A stretch of 64,000 bases of DNA from Octopus vulgaris (GCA_951406725.2 OX597818.1:38192001-38256000); one strand, 5' to 3'. Counted from the first letter of the stretch, positions 39,891-53,479 are shown. Numbers and translations: made by a program. Notes: generated from the letters alone by a model not told the origin.

Positions 39891-39997
39891 GAGCAAAATC
39901 TCCTCCTGATGAGTTCAACAATGAAATTATGCAATTATTGAAAGACTTTGTCAAAAATGATGAGCGTGCCAGTCGACTCAAACAGCCTGATCTATAA
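39891..39997 (+). CDS. SDHAF2: SDHAF2 exon 4
   Basis: TTTCCAG acceptor. Reads (G)AKSPPDEFNNEIMQLLKDFVKNDERASRLKQPDL*. Total CDS 453 nt = 150 aa. AATAAA at 40160-40165. Confidence 0.95.
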
Positions 39998-42085
39998 AAT
40001 TACCAGAGGATTCCTTCATTTTTAATGTATTTGTAAAATAGTCATTCTTTTGGATTAAAAAAAAAAAAAAAAGAAAAGCTACAAGCATATCAAGTCTCAG
40101 AGTTAATAATGTTGCCTCCTCCAGTAGCAGTTCTTTGCTTTGCTACAAATTTTATTTAGAATAAACCAAATTTCCATTTTGATTTGAATCCTAGAATAAT
40201 TTACCATTCTTCTATTACAGCTTGTATTTTTGCCAATATACAGCAGAGGGAATGAAAGCAAACAGTATTACAATAGTTTTCAATTTCATTACACAATCTT
40301 GTACATTCATCCGTACATTATGTTGGTTAAAAGGTAGCAGAAGCATTAGTATGCTGGGCAAAATGCTTAAGGGCATTTCATCCCTCCTTATGTTCTGAGT
40401 TCAAATTCCAAAGTTGACTTTTCCATCCTTGCAGAGTCAATAAAATAAGTACCAGTTGAACCCTGGGATCGATGTAATTGACATAGCCACTTCCTGAAAT
40501 TACTGATACTTGTGCCAAAATTTGAAATCATGTTGGTTAACAGCAAATAGCAAAAACTAACTGAATCCTTTAAGAATGTGACTTTTATTCCAAAGTGCTT
40601 TTTTTTTCTTTTTTTCCATTTTAACATAGCTATGATTGTAAGGTTGGCTTATTACAAATAATTCAGCACATTAGTTAGGAATAGTTGTTGCTATCTTAGA
40701 AAATCTAATCAATTGTGTCTTTAAAAGATTCACTTTCACTTGGCTTAAACTTTTTTTTAAAAAGTGGCTACAATAAAGACCAACTTAAAAAGCATAAAAT
40801 TAAGTCAAAGCAACAGATGTGAAACAAACTTTAATTTGTATCTTATTCGCTTCAGTCATTAGACTGTAGCTATACTCAGCTCTAGTTATTTGTATGTGTC
40901 TGTACATGCATGCATCATTAAATGTATCAAAGAAGAAAAAAAAAAAAAAACACAATTTTTATGAAATAAAGACATTTTTATTCTATCATTAGAAAAATAA
41001 AAAAAGAGGCACAAATAGCAGGTGGTGAAAATGCTTTCTTTTTACAGGAAAAAGGAATAGCAGGGATCTTGCTTTAATATTGTATGTATATAAAATATTT
41101 TTGATTTATTTACTAGGAGCAAAACCAACTCTGTCACTTTTAGCATCAAATGTTGTGTAATATTTTCCAATAAAAACATCTCCCAATATCCACAGTGGCC
41201 CTGCGGGAGGAGGAATGTCAATTCCCATAAAGCCACTTAAACAAATTGTCTGTCCAGCTTGAGTTACCTGCGAGATAATGGCATGTCCACATTGATGAGT
41301 AATAATTTAAAGTAATTAAAACTAATATATATTACAAAATTATTCATAGAATGGTTAAAAAAAAGAGAAAATTAAAAAGAAGTTGAATGGAATTTTAATA
41401 GGATGGAAGAATGGTGAGAAATAATAAATGATAGTGCATTAATGGAGATTATTTTAAAATTAAAAAGCCATAAAAAAATTTTTTTTTAAGAGATGATATT
41501 AATATCTAAAAAAGATACATGCAAAATGAAAACACCAAAGCAATATTCAGATAAAGCAAAACAGAAATAATGAGATGATCCATGCTGCTAAATAATTTTT
41601 TCAATATTCCACCCGTCTAGATTAAATTTTTTTTAATGCATATAAATAAGTCTTTAAGCAGCTCTTTGGAAGAGCCGTGATAATATGTAATTAGGTACAC
41701 TTGAGAGTGAAAAAAAAATTGTTACTCTTTCATAACTCGAATTGTTAACTCATTTAACATTCAAGTACAAAAAACTTTGTAATCTCAATACTTCTTTAAT
41801 GTACCATAGAACTGATGGGGAGGAGGGGGGACTTGGATTAATTTAAAACGCCCCAGAAAGTATAACGTCAAGAAGAAAATTTGTACTGGTGCAGTTTGAC
41901 AGATTTATGAAACTGAAGGAAAAGTTCTCATGCAGATTAACCAAGCATGCAGCTACAAAAGAAACCTACAAACTATTTGAAGCTTCAACAGAGAAGCAAA
42001 GCAAGTAGAGGGAGTGGGGGAAAAAAAAGACACTAAAAGATGAACCCACTATAAGTGCACGCAAAATATAAACAGATCTTTCCTT

Positions 42086-42250
42086 TTAGTTCCTTGACTT
42101 TGCAAACCCCACCCGGTTATTCTTGAGATCAAATTCAGCATAGTTGGGTCCTAGAAATACATCCCCTAGAATCCAAAGGGGTCCAGCTGGCTTTGGAATG
42201 TCAAGTCCCATGAAACCACTCAAGCAGAGAACTTCTCCCATTGACTTTAC
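42086..42250 (-). CDS. CTSD: Cathepsin D exon 9
   Basis: 165 nt: [54 protein letters not shown], including the cathepsin-D proline loop. Total CDS 1176 nt = 391 aa. Confidence 0.97.
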   Translation of the reverse strand, partial: VKSMGEVLCLSGFMGLDIPKPAGPLWILGDVFLGPNYAEFDLKNNRVGFAKSRN

Positions 42251-42391
42251 CTGAAATATTCATTAAAATAAAAAAAAAAAAAAAAACATACTGACAAAGT
42301 TTTCAAAAATATTAAGGGAACTTAAATGCAGGTTTTTCTATATCATTATCATTTAATGTCCATTTTCCATGCTGGCAACAGAATCTGTCAA

Positions 42392-42878
42392 TACAGTTCT
42401 ATATTTAAGAAACAAGGAATTATGTACATTATTTACATTTGACGGATATTTGTCCTCATCTTGTTTGTTAACACAACGTTTCAGCTGATATACTCTCCAG
42501 CCTTCGTCAGGTGTCTTGGGGGAAATTTCGAATCTGGGTTCTCATTCCTAATGTATTTTTCGATGTTATTATCATTATTCAGGTCACTGCCTGGAATCAA
42601 ACTCGGAATCTTGGGGTTAGTAGACCGCGCTCTTAACCACTACATCATGTGCCCATAGTGGTTAAGAGCGCGGGCTACTAACCCCAAGATCCCGAGTTCG
42701 ATTCCAGGCAGTGACCTGAATAATAATAATAATAATATCGAAAAATACATTAGGAATGAGAACCCAAGTTTGAAATTTCCTCCAAGACACCTGACGAAGG
42801 CTGGAGGGTATATCAGCCAAAATGTTGTGTTAACAACAAACAAGATGGGGACAAATATCCATCAAATGTAAATAATGT
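42392..42878. mobile_element. Head-to-head dimer of a tRNA-headed, hammerhead-containing short retroelement
   Basis: Minus copy about 42392-42655 and plus copy about 42656-42878, flanked by the direct repeat AGAATCTGTCAA (42380-42391 and 42879-42890). A and B boxes are present in the head. Confidence 0.85.
42470..42515 (-). ncRNA. Minimal type-I hammerhead ribozyme motif (Penelope-type)
   Basis: GACAC-CUGACGA-A-GGCUG-(10 nt)-CAGCU-GAAA-CG-UU-GUGUU: intact core, stems I and II pair, palindromic minimal stem III. Activity untested. Confidence 0.65.
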
Positions 42879-43490
42879 AGAATCTGTCAAGTTAGAGGAC
42901 TATGCTGAGCTACATTATCTGCACTGGATGTTTCTATAGATGGATGCCCTTCCTAATGCCAACTACTTTACAGGAAGCTTTTTCCATGTAAGGTCACCAA
43001 GTAGTCACAAGACAAAGCTTCTCAGCTGAACAGAGTATAGTATTGAGGGAGATGAAAATATGATAGAGGGACAACTGTCTTGCTGAAAAGGAGCTAAGGT
43101 GCAAGCATGGCCATGTGGTTAAGAAGCTTGCTTCCCAACCATATGGTCTTCGGTTGAGTCCCGCTATGCAGCACCTTAAGCAAGTGTCTTCTGTTACAGC
43201 TCTGAGCCAACAAAGTCTTGTTAGATATGGTAGACAGAAACTGAAAGAAGTCATGTACACGTGCTTGTGTGTACCTTTGTTCTGACAGTGCATGAAGGAT
43301 ATAAACAAGCATGCTGTCCATTTCCAGTCTGCCACGAAAAAATATCTGGCCATCATGTTACAGAAAACTAGCTTCAACAAATTCTGACTGACCCATCCAA
43401 ATATGAAAAAGTGGACATTAGATGAGATTTGATACACATACACACACACACACACACACATACATACAGGTATTACTAAATTTGACTTAC

Positions 43491-43589
43491 CTTAAGTACA
43501 TAATCTGCGCCACTCAAAGTGAAACTTTTACCGCCTAAAGTGAAGGTTATAGCAGGCAATGAAGGAATGCTACCACAATCGACCAGATT
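43491..43589 (-). CDS. CTSD: Cathepsin D exon 8
   Basis: 99 nt: [33 protein letters not shown]. Confidence 0.96.
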
Positions 43590-43645
43590 CTGGAAAAGAA
43601 AAACAGAAAACATGTTATTGGAAATTTTTAGCATACAAAGCTATA

Positions 43646-44275
43646 TACAGGTCTTCTCATAAGTTATGTTGTTTTTTCAGACCATACTTGTTGAAACCTG
43701 CTCTAACATGTTTAAACAAGATATTTTCACAGGTGCATTAATACCACAGAGCAAGGAAAGCCTCAGTTGGTTAGATTTTAGCTTGCAGACACACAAGTAA
43801 CAATTTGTTGCTTTAATAGACCCTCATGAAAATGCGAGGTCACAGCAGAACACATCAGATATGTCATGCTTTATGAGTATGAAAAAGGCAACAAATGCCA
43901 TTAAAAAAAAAAAAAAAGTGCAAGAAGTATATGGTGAAGGTGTTTTGAATATTTGCAAGTGCCAATGATGGTTCCATAAATTTTGACAAGGGGACTTTAG
44001 TTTGGAAGGTGTGTGCTGCTCTGAGCGCCCTGTCTCTTGATAATGATGTATTGAAAGCTGCTACTGGAAGAAATCCAAATGGAACTGCTGAAGAGTTAGC
44101 AGAATGGGTTAATTCATCATTATCAACTGTTTATTATCATTTGTAAGAACTTGGGACCATGCCTAAGCATGGCAAGTAGGCTCCACATGAACTAAGTGAA
44201 AAGAATCTTAGAACATGTCAATATCTGCACTGCTCTTTATTCACTTGAAAAAAAATCTGTTTTTGAGCTACCTAG
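43646..44275 (+). mobile_element. Decayed mariner transposon (N-terminal transposase)
   Basis: EHIRYVMLYEYEKG..EVYGEGVL..CQ*WFHKF*QGDFSLE..RP..EELAE..STVYYHL*ELG..K*APHELSEKN, a Mos1-like HTH region plus WVPHEL remnant with multiple stops. Confidence 0.85.
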
Positions 44276-44523
44276 TGACTCTAAGTACTCTATGAAGAGT
44301 GAGTACTCTATAAGAATGTTAATCGTTGACATCAATGGTAGGCACCTGCCCAAAGTACCATGCAGAGAGACTGAGCCCTAAAACAATGCGATTGTGAAGC
44401 AAACTTCATAACCACACAGCAACTGCCTGTGCCTGTCTATGTATATGACAAAAAAAAAATTAAAACAAATTATCAAAGCTACAGACATACAAAATAAAAA
44501 TTGAGAAAATTTATGTAAAATAC

Positions 44524-44665
44524 CTCGCCACCAGGTATAGGTCTAGTTCCAATTAACTTATTGAGCTCAGCGACTTCAGCTGTTGGGCCAGCAATAAGAG
44601 AAGTACCAGTATCAGCAATAGCTGCACAACCACCTTTACAGAATGTACTATTTTTCACTGTTATG
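44524..44665 (-). CDS. CTSD: Cathepsin D exon 7 (second catalytic DTG)
   Basis: 142 nt: [47 protein letters not shown]. Confidence 0.97.
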
Positions 44666-46634
44666 CTGCATAAGAAAATACAATATTGTTGATAAAACAA
44701 AAATTTAACAGATTAACATGAATTTCAAAAAAAATAAGCACTAAGCCTCGCATATATAGAAGTAGCAACATTCATGCAATTCTGAAGTAATTTGGTAAAA
44801 TACTTTCAAGTAGAAATTAAAATGAGAACTTAATGTGTACTCAACAATGAGTCCATGCATTTTTTTATTGACAAAGCTTGTATGAAATTCCTGCAAAGGA
44901 TGAGAAAGAATTGCCACCTATCTTCAAACAGAAGTTTGTCTCTTTTACTTGTTTCAGCCATTTGACTGTGTCCATGCTGGAGCACCACCTTTAGTCGAGC
45001 AATTCGACCCCAGGACTTATTCTTTGTAAGCCTAGTACTTATTCTATTGGTCTCATTTGCCGAACTGCTAAGTTACGGGGACATAAACACAGACACACAA
45101 ACACATACATATATATATATACAACGGGCTTCTTTCAGTTTCCGTCTACCAAATCCACTCACAAGTCTTTGGTAGGCCCGAGGCTATAGTAGAAGACACT
45201 TGCCCAAGGTGCCACGCAGTGGGACTGAACCCTGAACCATGTGGTCGATAAGCAAGTTACTTACCACACAGCCACTCCTACGCCTGACTATGTTAAAGAA
45301 TTACTAAAAATAAATATATTAACAGAAAATATTGCTTTCAAATTTTGGCACAAGGTCAGCAAGCTAAGTTGATTACAACAAGCCCAGCATTCAACTGGTA
45401 CTTATTTTACTGACCCTGAAAGGATGAAAACCAAAACCAACCGATGGCATTTGAACTCAATGTTAAGTCAGAAGAAATGCTGCTAAGCATTTTGCCCAGC
45501 ATGGTAGTGAGTCTGCCAGCTCGCCGCATTAGTAGCAGAAAATATTACATAGTAATAATTACACCAGGCTCAACATCCCTCTCTTTTACTCTTTTACTTG
45601 TTTCAGTCAGTTGACTGCGGCCATGCTGGAGCACCGCCTTTTAGTCAAGCAAATCGACCCTGGGACTTATTCTTTGTAAGCCCAGTACTTATTCTATCGG
45701 TCTCTTTTGCCGAACCGCTAAGTGACGGGGACGTAAACAAACCAGCATCAGTTGTCAAGCAATGCTAGGGGGACAAACACAAACACACATACATATATAC
45801 GACAGGCTTCTTTCAGTTTCCGTCTACCAAATCCACTCACAAGGCATTGGTCGGCCCGGGGCTATAGCAGAAGACACTTGCCCAAGATGCCATGCAGTGG
45901 GACTGAACCCGGAACCATGTGGTTGATTAGCAAGCTACTTACCACACAGCCACTCCTGCGCCTGGTGATAAGTATAAAGTATTTCCACTAACAGATGAAG
46001 GCACAGTTGTAGGGTTAAGTTTGCTCTGCAAACATGTGGTTTTGGTTTCAGTCCCACTTAATGAAACCTAAGAAAATAGTTCTCTACTGTTTTATTGGGC
46101 CAATAAATGCTTTGTGAGAAAATTTGCTACATCTTACATGTATGTGTGTCCTTGCTTGACAACTAATGTTACTTCATTTTATAAAGCATAGAAAGAGGAA
46201 AGGCTTAGTTGACCTCAGTAACATTTTATTTCAGCAGCTAACATGCAGTAATAAGTACTACAGGATAATTTTGTCTTGGGCTCTGAGGATTCTGCCAATT
46301 AACTGCCATAATATTAACAATAACTATTTCTAATTTAGGTACAAGGCCAGCAATTTTGATACAATCAGCTTTAGTATTAGGCAGGTTCTTTATTTTATTG
46401 ACCCCCAAAGGGATGAAAATCTAAGTTGGTCTCAAAAAGATTCAAACTCAGAATGTAAAGAGTCACAACAAATACCAAAAGGCATTTTTAGTATGTGCCT
46501 TCTGGTATATACCAATATGCCTTGGTATATTGGTATATACCAATTGGTATAAACCAATATACCACCTAAAGGATGAAAATGTGGAAAAAAGAGAAGAAAA
46601 AAGGAAAGATTTAATCTAATTTACAAAAATATAC

Positions 46635-46757
46635 CTGTCCATTTTAATCTGCCAGTAACCCTTCTTAGTGACAGGTACATAGGTCATATTGCCAACGTAG
46701 TGTTTAGGATCTGTTCCTCCCAAAATCAATTCACCACCTTCCTGGGCATCGGGATTA
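46635..46757 (-). CDS. CTSD: Cathepsin D exon 6
   Basis: 123 nt: [40 protein letters not shown]. Confidence 0.97.
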
Positions 46758-47015
46758 CTAAATTGTAAATAGAAAAATAAATAATTCATCTTAATATATT
46801 TATGTTCGAATAAACAACATAAACATCATGAGAGAACAGACTTATAATAAAAAATAGAAAATATTGAAAGGGTTGCATAAACAGAAAGTTTTAGTAAACA
46901 AATTCAAAGATCATCGAAATATTGCATTTCTATATCTTTTTACAATCTACAATTTAATATTTTACATTTAAAAAAAAAAAATATCATGCACTCCAAATTT
47001 TGAGAGTCAACATAC

Positions 47016-47215
47016 CGGTTGAGATAGAAAGAAAACACAGGACTATCTACAACTTTTTGATCCACCATGCTATAGAAAACAGGTTCAACTCCATCAACAG
47101 AAATAGTGTCATATCCCATTCCAAGAATACCATCAAACTTAGCAGCAACAAACACAATTCCAGGTTGATTTGTGGCTTCAGCAAATGTTTGATCTTTTAC
47201 AGTGATCTCTCCAAT
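47016..47215 (-). CDS. CTSD: Cathepsin D exon 5
   Basis: 200 nt: [66 protein letters not shown]. Confidence 0.97.
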
Positions 47216-47767
47216 CTACAAAATACAAAATTGCACAAGAAAATGTTTAACCCTGCAGCATTTTAACCAGCCATATCCAGCCCAAATATTCTACCCGTTT
47301 TATGCTCAATCTGACCAGATGTAATCTTTCACACCTACCCTACAATATCATTCTAAAGATGAGCAACCATATCGTTGAAATCTCAAAGCGACTAGACAAT
47401 GCATGAATAAATAAGCATTACATTTGAAAGACCAATCTAAATACTTAAGGACTGAGTCATAAAATTTCACAGGAAATACTTTCATAATGAAATTATAAAG
47501 TAATAAGTAATTCTAGTTAGATACATACAGTTTATGTAATTGTATTTTTGGTACATCAAGAAAAAAAATAAGCTTGAGATCATTTATTTGACTTTACTCT
47601 TTTACTTGTTTCAGTCATTTGACTGCGGCCATGCTGGAGCACCACCTTTAGTCGAGCAAATCGCCCCCAGGACTTATTCTTTGTAAGCCTAGTACTTATT
47701 CTATCAGTCTCTTTTGCTGAACCACTAAGTTACAAGGACATAAACACACCAAGCGATGGGAAGACAA

Positions 47768-47785
47768 ACATATACACACACATAC

Positions 47786-47835
<50 letters not shown>

Positions 47836-47960
47836 CACACACACACATACATTATATATATATATACACACACACACATTATATATATATACACACACAC
47901 ACACATTATATATATACACACACACACACACATTATATATATATACACACACACACACAT

Positions 47961-48025
<65 letters not shown>

Positions 48026-48258
48026 TTATATATATATACACACACACACACACATTATATATATATACACACACACACATTATATATATATACACACACA
48101 CACACATTATATATATATACACACACACACACATTATATATATATATATACACACACATACATTATATATATATATACACACACACACATTATATATATA
48201 TATATACACACACATACATTATATATATATATACACACATACACACACACATTATATA
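47768..48258. repeat. Compound (TA)n(CA)n microsatellite with higher-order ~25-bp period; second block at 49631-50142
   Basis: Recurrent CATT(AT)n(AC)n units inside a SINE B copy. Confidence 0.95.
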
Positions 48259-48995
48259 TCGCGCCCTTCTCTCCCCCTCTTTTTACATTGTCTGTCTGGA
48301 CTCCTCTCTTCCTACTCCTCGCCATGGCTATGCATACTTAAGCTAGTAACCTGCCTCATTCTTGATTCCGAATTCCTTTTGCCAAGACTGTCCGTAAACG
48401 AAGTGATCCCAAGATAAGAAACCCTTGAACTTTAATTCATCCTGTATTTCTATTTATTATTATTATTTATTAATTATTATTATTCTGATCCCCCTAGTCG
48501 CCACTCTGTTTACTATTTCAGCCTCGCCTCGTTTTTGCATATTCTGTATAATTCACTAGTTATCGTTATAGATATTTAAGATCTATCTCCCTTACAGGGC
48601 TGATAGAAATTGGCTGCCGATTCTTCGCGCCCTTCTCTCCCCCTCTTTTTACATTGTCTGTCTGGACTCCTCTCTTCCTACTCCTCGCCATGGCTATGCA
48701 TACTTAAGCTAGTAACCTGCCTCATTCTTGATTCCGAATTCCTTTTGCCAAGACCGTCCGTAAACGAAGTGATCCCAAGATAAGAAATCCTTGAACTTTA
48801 ATTCATCCCGTATTTCTATTTATTATTATTATTTATTAATTATTATTATTCTGATCCCCCTAGTCGCCACTCTGTTTACTATTTCAGCCTCGCCTCGTTT
48901 TTGCATATTCTGTATAATTCACTAGTTATCGTTATAGATATTTAAGATCTATCTCCCTTACAGGGCTGATAGAAATTGGCTGCCGATTCTTCGCG
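48259..48995. repeat. 366-bp tandem duplication
   Basis: TCGCG at 48259, 48625 and 48991; only about 3 differences seen between units. Confidence 0.95.
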
Positions 48996-49074
48996 GCGCG
49001 CCCGCCCTACCCACCCTCACCACCAATACCGGATATCTCTATTTTGCTCCAACTATACCGGATATCGTTTCTCC

Positions 49075-49386
49075 CACCACCATTATAGGTGTCTACTCTT
49101 TGAACCCCCCTCTTCAATACGCTATTTCACCATGCATTACCCCTCTCTCGATATCCTACGTTCTACTTGCCTAGAACCTGTCCTCTGAACCACCCCTCCC
49201 ACTGGTGCTCCCCTATATTTCTGCACCCCCCACCACCATTATAGGTGTCTACTCTTTGAAGCCCCCTCTTCAATACGCTATTTCACCATGCATTACCCCT
49301 CTCTCGATATCCTACGTTCTACTTGCCTAGTACCTGTCCTCTGAACCACCCCTCCCACTGGTGCTCCCCTATATTTCTGCACCCCC
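49075..49386. repeat. 156-bp tandem duplication
   Basis: CACCACCATTATAGG at 49075 and 49231. Confidence 0.95.
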
Positions 49387-49695
49387 CCCCCATAAAAAGC
49401 ACCATCCGAACGTGGCCGATGCCAGACCCCTCTGGCACCTGTGCAGGTGGCACGTAAAAAACACCCACTACACTCGCGGAGTGGTTGGCGTTAGGAAGGG
49501 CATCCAGCTGTAGAAACACTGCCAGACTAGACTGGAGCCTGGGGCAGTCCCGAGCTCCCCAGACCCCGGTCGAAACTGTCCAACCCGTGCTAGCGCGGAA
49601 AACGGACGTTAAATGATGATGATGATGATGATATATATATATATACATACATACACAAACACACATACATTATATATATATACACACACACTCAT

Positions 49696-49730
<35 letters not shown>

Positions 49731-49783
49731 ACAAACACATACATTATATATATATATACACAAACACATACATATATATATAT

Positions 49784-49889
<106 letters not shown>

Positions 49890-49914
49890 CACACACACAC
49901 ACACATATATATAT

Positions 49915-49945
<31 letters not shown>

Positions 49946-50006
49946 CACACACACATATATATATATATATACACACACACATATATATATATATATACAC
50001 ACACAC

Positions 50007-50066
<60 letters not shown>

Positions 50067-50524
50067 CATACACAAATACACATACATTATATATATATAT
50101 ATATACATACACAAACACACATACATTATACATATATATATACGACAAGCTTCTTTCAGTTTTTGTCTACCAAATCCACTCACAAGGCTTTAGTAGAAGA
50201 CACTTGCCCAAGGTGCCACGCAGTGGGACTGAACCAAGAACCATGTAGTTGGTAAGCAAGCTACTTGCACCTATAATAATGACTGATAAGATTTTATCTT
50301 TAGGAAGAATTAACTGAAGTTACTTAAAACAAAATACTTTCAACACAAAGCTTCATCATCATTGCTTTGGTAATGAGAAATTTCTCTGGATGGATGCCCT
50401 TCCTGTCATTTACCCTCACCTGTCTTCATGCAAGATAATTTCCCCATGACCAGACGTTTTCACAGAAAATTGGGAACAAAGAACATTACTTGTATGACAA
50501 TGATACAAGTTTACAACTAATTCG

Positions 50525-51051
50525 TTCAGCGACGTGCAACCAAGAGAATACCCTCCATCAGGCATTTGCCATATTCTGAACGCCTTACTTCCCTGTGCAT
50601 GGACACATTGAAACTCCGACGTCTGGCAGCTGACTTGACTTGGCAGACACCCATAAAATTATTAACCATCTTACAAACAATAACTCTGAGCACCTTTTCA
50701 AACTCCACCCGTCTAACACCCGTGGGCATATTTACAAAGTCAGAAAACAGCACAGCTCCCATGACTTCAGGAAACATTTTTTCATGCTGAGAGTTGCTGA
50801 AGCATGGAACAAACTGCTGGCATCAGTTGCTAGTTGTCGGAGCACTGCATCCTTCAAAACTTCCATGCTTTCTGAGATTCGCCAACACTACACCTGATTT
50901 TCTCCCCTCCATACACACACAAGCATGTATCTGACTCATACATTGTTCGCTTTCCAGACATTTGTACATTACTGCCTATGCTTTATACGCACTTTTTGAC
51001 AAGTTGTGGTGCACTTGAGCACTGTATACAATAATTTCATTATTATTATTA
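50525..51051 (+). mobile_element. 5'-truncated CR1-clade LINE 3' end (same family as 29838-30301)
   Basis: YSERLTSLCMDTLKLRRLAADL / TRGHIYKV...FFMLRVAEAWNKL with a frameshift; (ATT)n tail. Confidence 0.85.
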
Positions 51052-51471
51052 TGTAACATCAAGAGGAGGAGAGTAAAAAACACCCACCCACAAAATGAGC
51101 TTTTATTTTCCATCTACTAAATCTATTCACAGGTGATTCTTGCCCAAAGTGCCACACAGTGGGATTGAACATGAAACCATGGGGTTGGGGAGAAAACTTT
51201 TTACCACAGTCATGTCTGAAGCAAAAACTTGTTTCACACTCTAATCAGACGATTTTCAAATGTAGCTTGCCATAATGTAATGGTTCAATGAATGTGGATT
51301 AGGAGGGAATTTAGAAGAACAAAGCTAAAACAATACTCCAATAAGGAATTTGAAAAGCAAAACAATGAAAATTGTACTTAATTCAGTGGCCCAGCTGATT
51401 CCTATTATGTTCAAAACATAGAATTCTTCTTAGTTTACATAAATTTCTGCTGACTATTTTAAAATACTTAC

Positions 51472-51590
51472 CTTTACTGTGTCTGTGCTCAGGAAACCAG
51501 TTAAGCTACCACTTCCATAGTGTATAGCAAAGTCTGTACCATTTGGTTTATATGTGGAAGATTTAGTATTATCATATTTGTTATGTAACA
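51472..51590 (-). CDS. CTSD: Cathepsin D exon 4 (flap)
   Basis: 119 nt: [39 protein letters not shown], with the NGT glycosylation site. Confidence 0.97.
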
Positions 51591-51627
51591 CTGAAAAGAA
51601 AATTTTTTTAAAGAGTTAACACCAGAT

Positions 51628-51887
51628 TGTTACCATTAAATTTAAAATGAACTAAAGCTGAGATAGGCTAAGTACATGAAATAAATTTAACATGTTACCA
51701 TTAAATTTAAAATGAACTAAAGCTGGGATAGGCTTAGTACATGAAATAAATTTAACATGTTACCATTAAATTTAAAATGAACTAAAGCTGGGATAGGCTA
51801 AGTACATGAAATAAATTTAACATGCTACCATTAAATTTAAAATGAACTAAAGCTGAGATAGGCTAAGTACATGAAATAAATTTAACA
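51628..51887. repeat. 65-bp minisatellite, 4 copies
   Basis: Units start at 51628, 51693, 51758 and 51823. Confidence 0.95.
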
Positions 51888-53070
51888 TCTAAGTCTTGCA
51901 GTTGAAATGGTAAATCTATTATTTAACACCTAGTCTTCTCTATTATAAATCAGTTACTCATAAGCATAGGCATAGCTGTGTGGTTATTAGCTTGCTTCCC
52001 AACCATATAGTTCCAGTTCAATTCCATTGCATGTCACCTTGGGCAACCAAAGCCTAGTGAGTGGATTTGGTAGACAGAAACCAAAAGAAACCTGATGTAT
52101 ATATCTAGATATGTGTGTTGTGTGTCATTGTGTTTGTCCTCCACCACTTCTTGACTATTGGTGTTTGTTTATGTTCCAGTTACTAAGCAGTTCAGCAAAA
52201 GAGACCATTAGATTAAGTACCAGGTTTTACAAATAAGTGCTGGGATCAATTTGTTTAACTAAAACCCTTTAGGATGGTACACCAGTGTTGCCACAGTCCA
52301 ATGACAAACAAGATAAAAGATACAAGCTGTGATAAGCCTCATTTGCTCCAAATCACAAAAAAAGTTTGTCTTCAAGTAATCCATGTAACATTTGCCACTG
52401 TGATGCATCAAAGTAGTACCCAAATCTCAGGACTTGGTAATATGGTAAATTTACCAAAAAAAAAAAAAAAAAAAATCAAAGTCTCAACACAGTCACTTGA
52501 CCTGCTAGAAATAGCCAAATCATAATGTCAAAACATATTGGATAACAGACTGCCAACACAAGAATGCTCATTCGTCTACTCAAAGAGCTGTTTTTCCTAT
52601 AGCTAAAAATCAACAATCCGAAGCCTTTTCCATAGAAAATAATGGTTTCTGATTTAGGCACAAGGCCAGCAATTTTGACGTGAAGAAGAGCTACTTTATT
52701 TCATCAACTCCCATGGGGATAAAAGGCAAAGTTGACCTGGGTGGGTTTGAACATTAAAAGTTGGAAGAAATACCACAAAGCATTTTTTTTTTTGCCAAAG
52801 CTCTAATGTTTCTGCAAGCTTGCTCTTTTTTGCTAGAAAATAACAAACATGCATGAAATTATTCAAGTTGCCAACTCGTTTTGTGAAATCTATAAATATT
52901 CTGTAGCTTGCATAAAACTTATGTTAATATTTTTGTCCAATCCTTTCTAGAATATTCAATATGCCATCATTGTTTGCAATATAGTATCATAACAGTCCTA
53001 AAACTGAATGATGTTAATAAGACGTAAAAAAGAAACATAATCAAATGTCTGAAACAAGGACAAATCTTTA

Positions 53071-53238
<168 letters not shown>

Positions 53239-53261
53239 TTAGGATTTATTCATATCGGATA

Positions 53262-53479
53262 TACACATGTCAAAAGTAAATAGACACCTCCATTTTGAAA
53301 GATTTATTTCATGAAACAAAATGTCATTTGAAGCATTTAAATACTTAATCTGGTATCGAGACCTGCTTTATATAGTTTTCAAAGATTTAACCCATTTGGA
53401 CATCATATTAATGAGCAGTGTCCACACAGGTAAAATGGGTTAAAGAGGAGTGTCTATTTACTTTTGAGATGTCTGTGTA
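53262..53479. mobile_element. Tc1/mariner-type MITE
   Basis: TCAAAAGTAAATAGACAC / GTGTCTATTTACTTTTGA inverted repeats with TA-bounded ends. Confidence 0.65.

Noticed and set aside
46503-46564. Cluster of GGTATATACC/CCAATTGG palindromes
   Set aside because: Short, low-complexity fold-back consistent with replication slippage; no evidence of function.
48598-48630. CTGATAGA plus hairpin as a hammerhead
   Set aside because: No GAAA after the stem and no stem I/III pairing.
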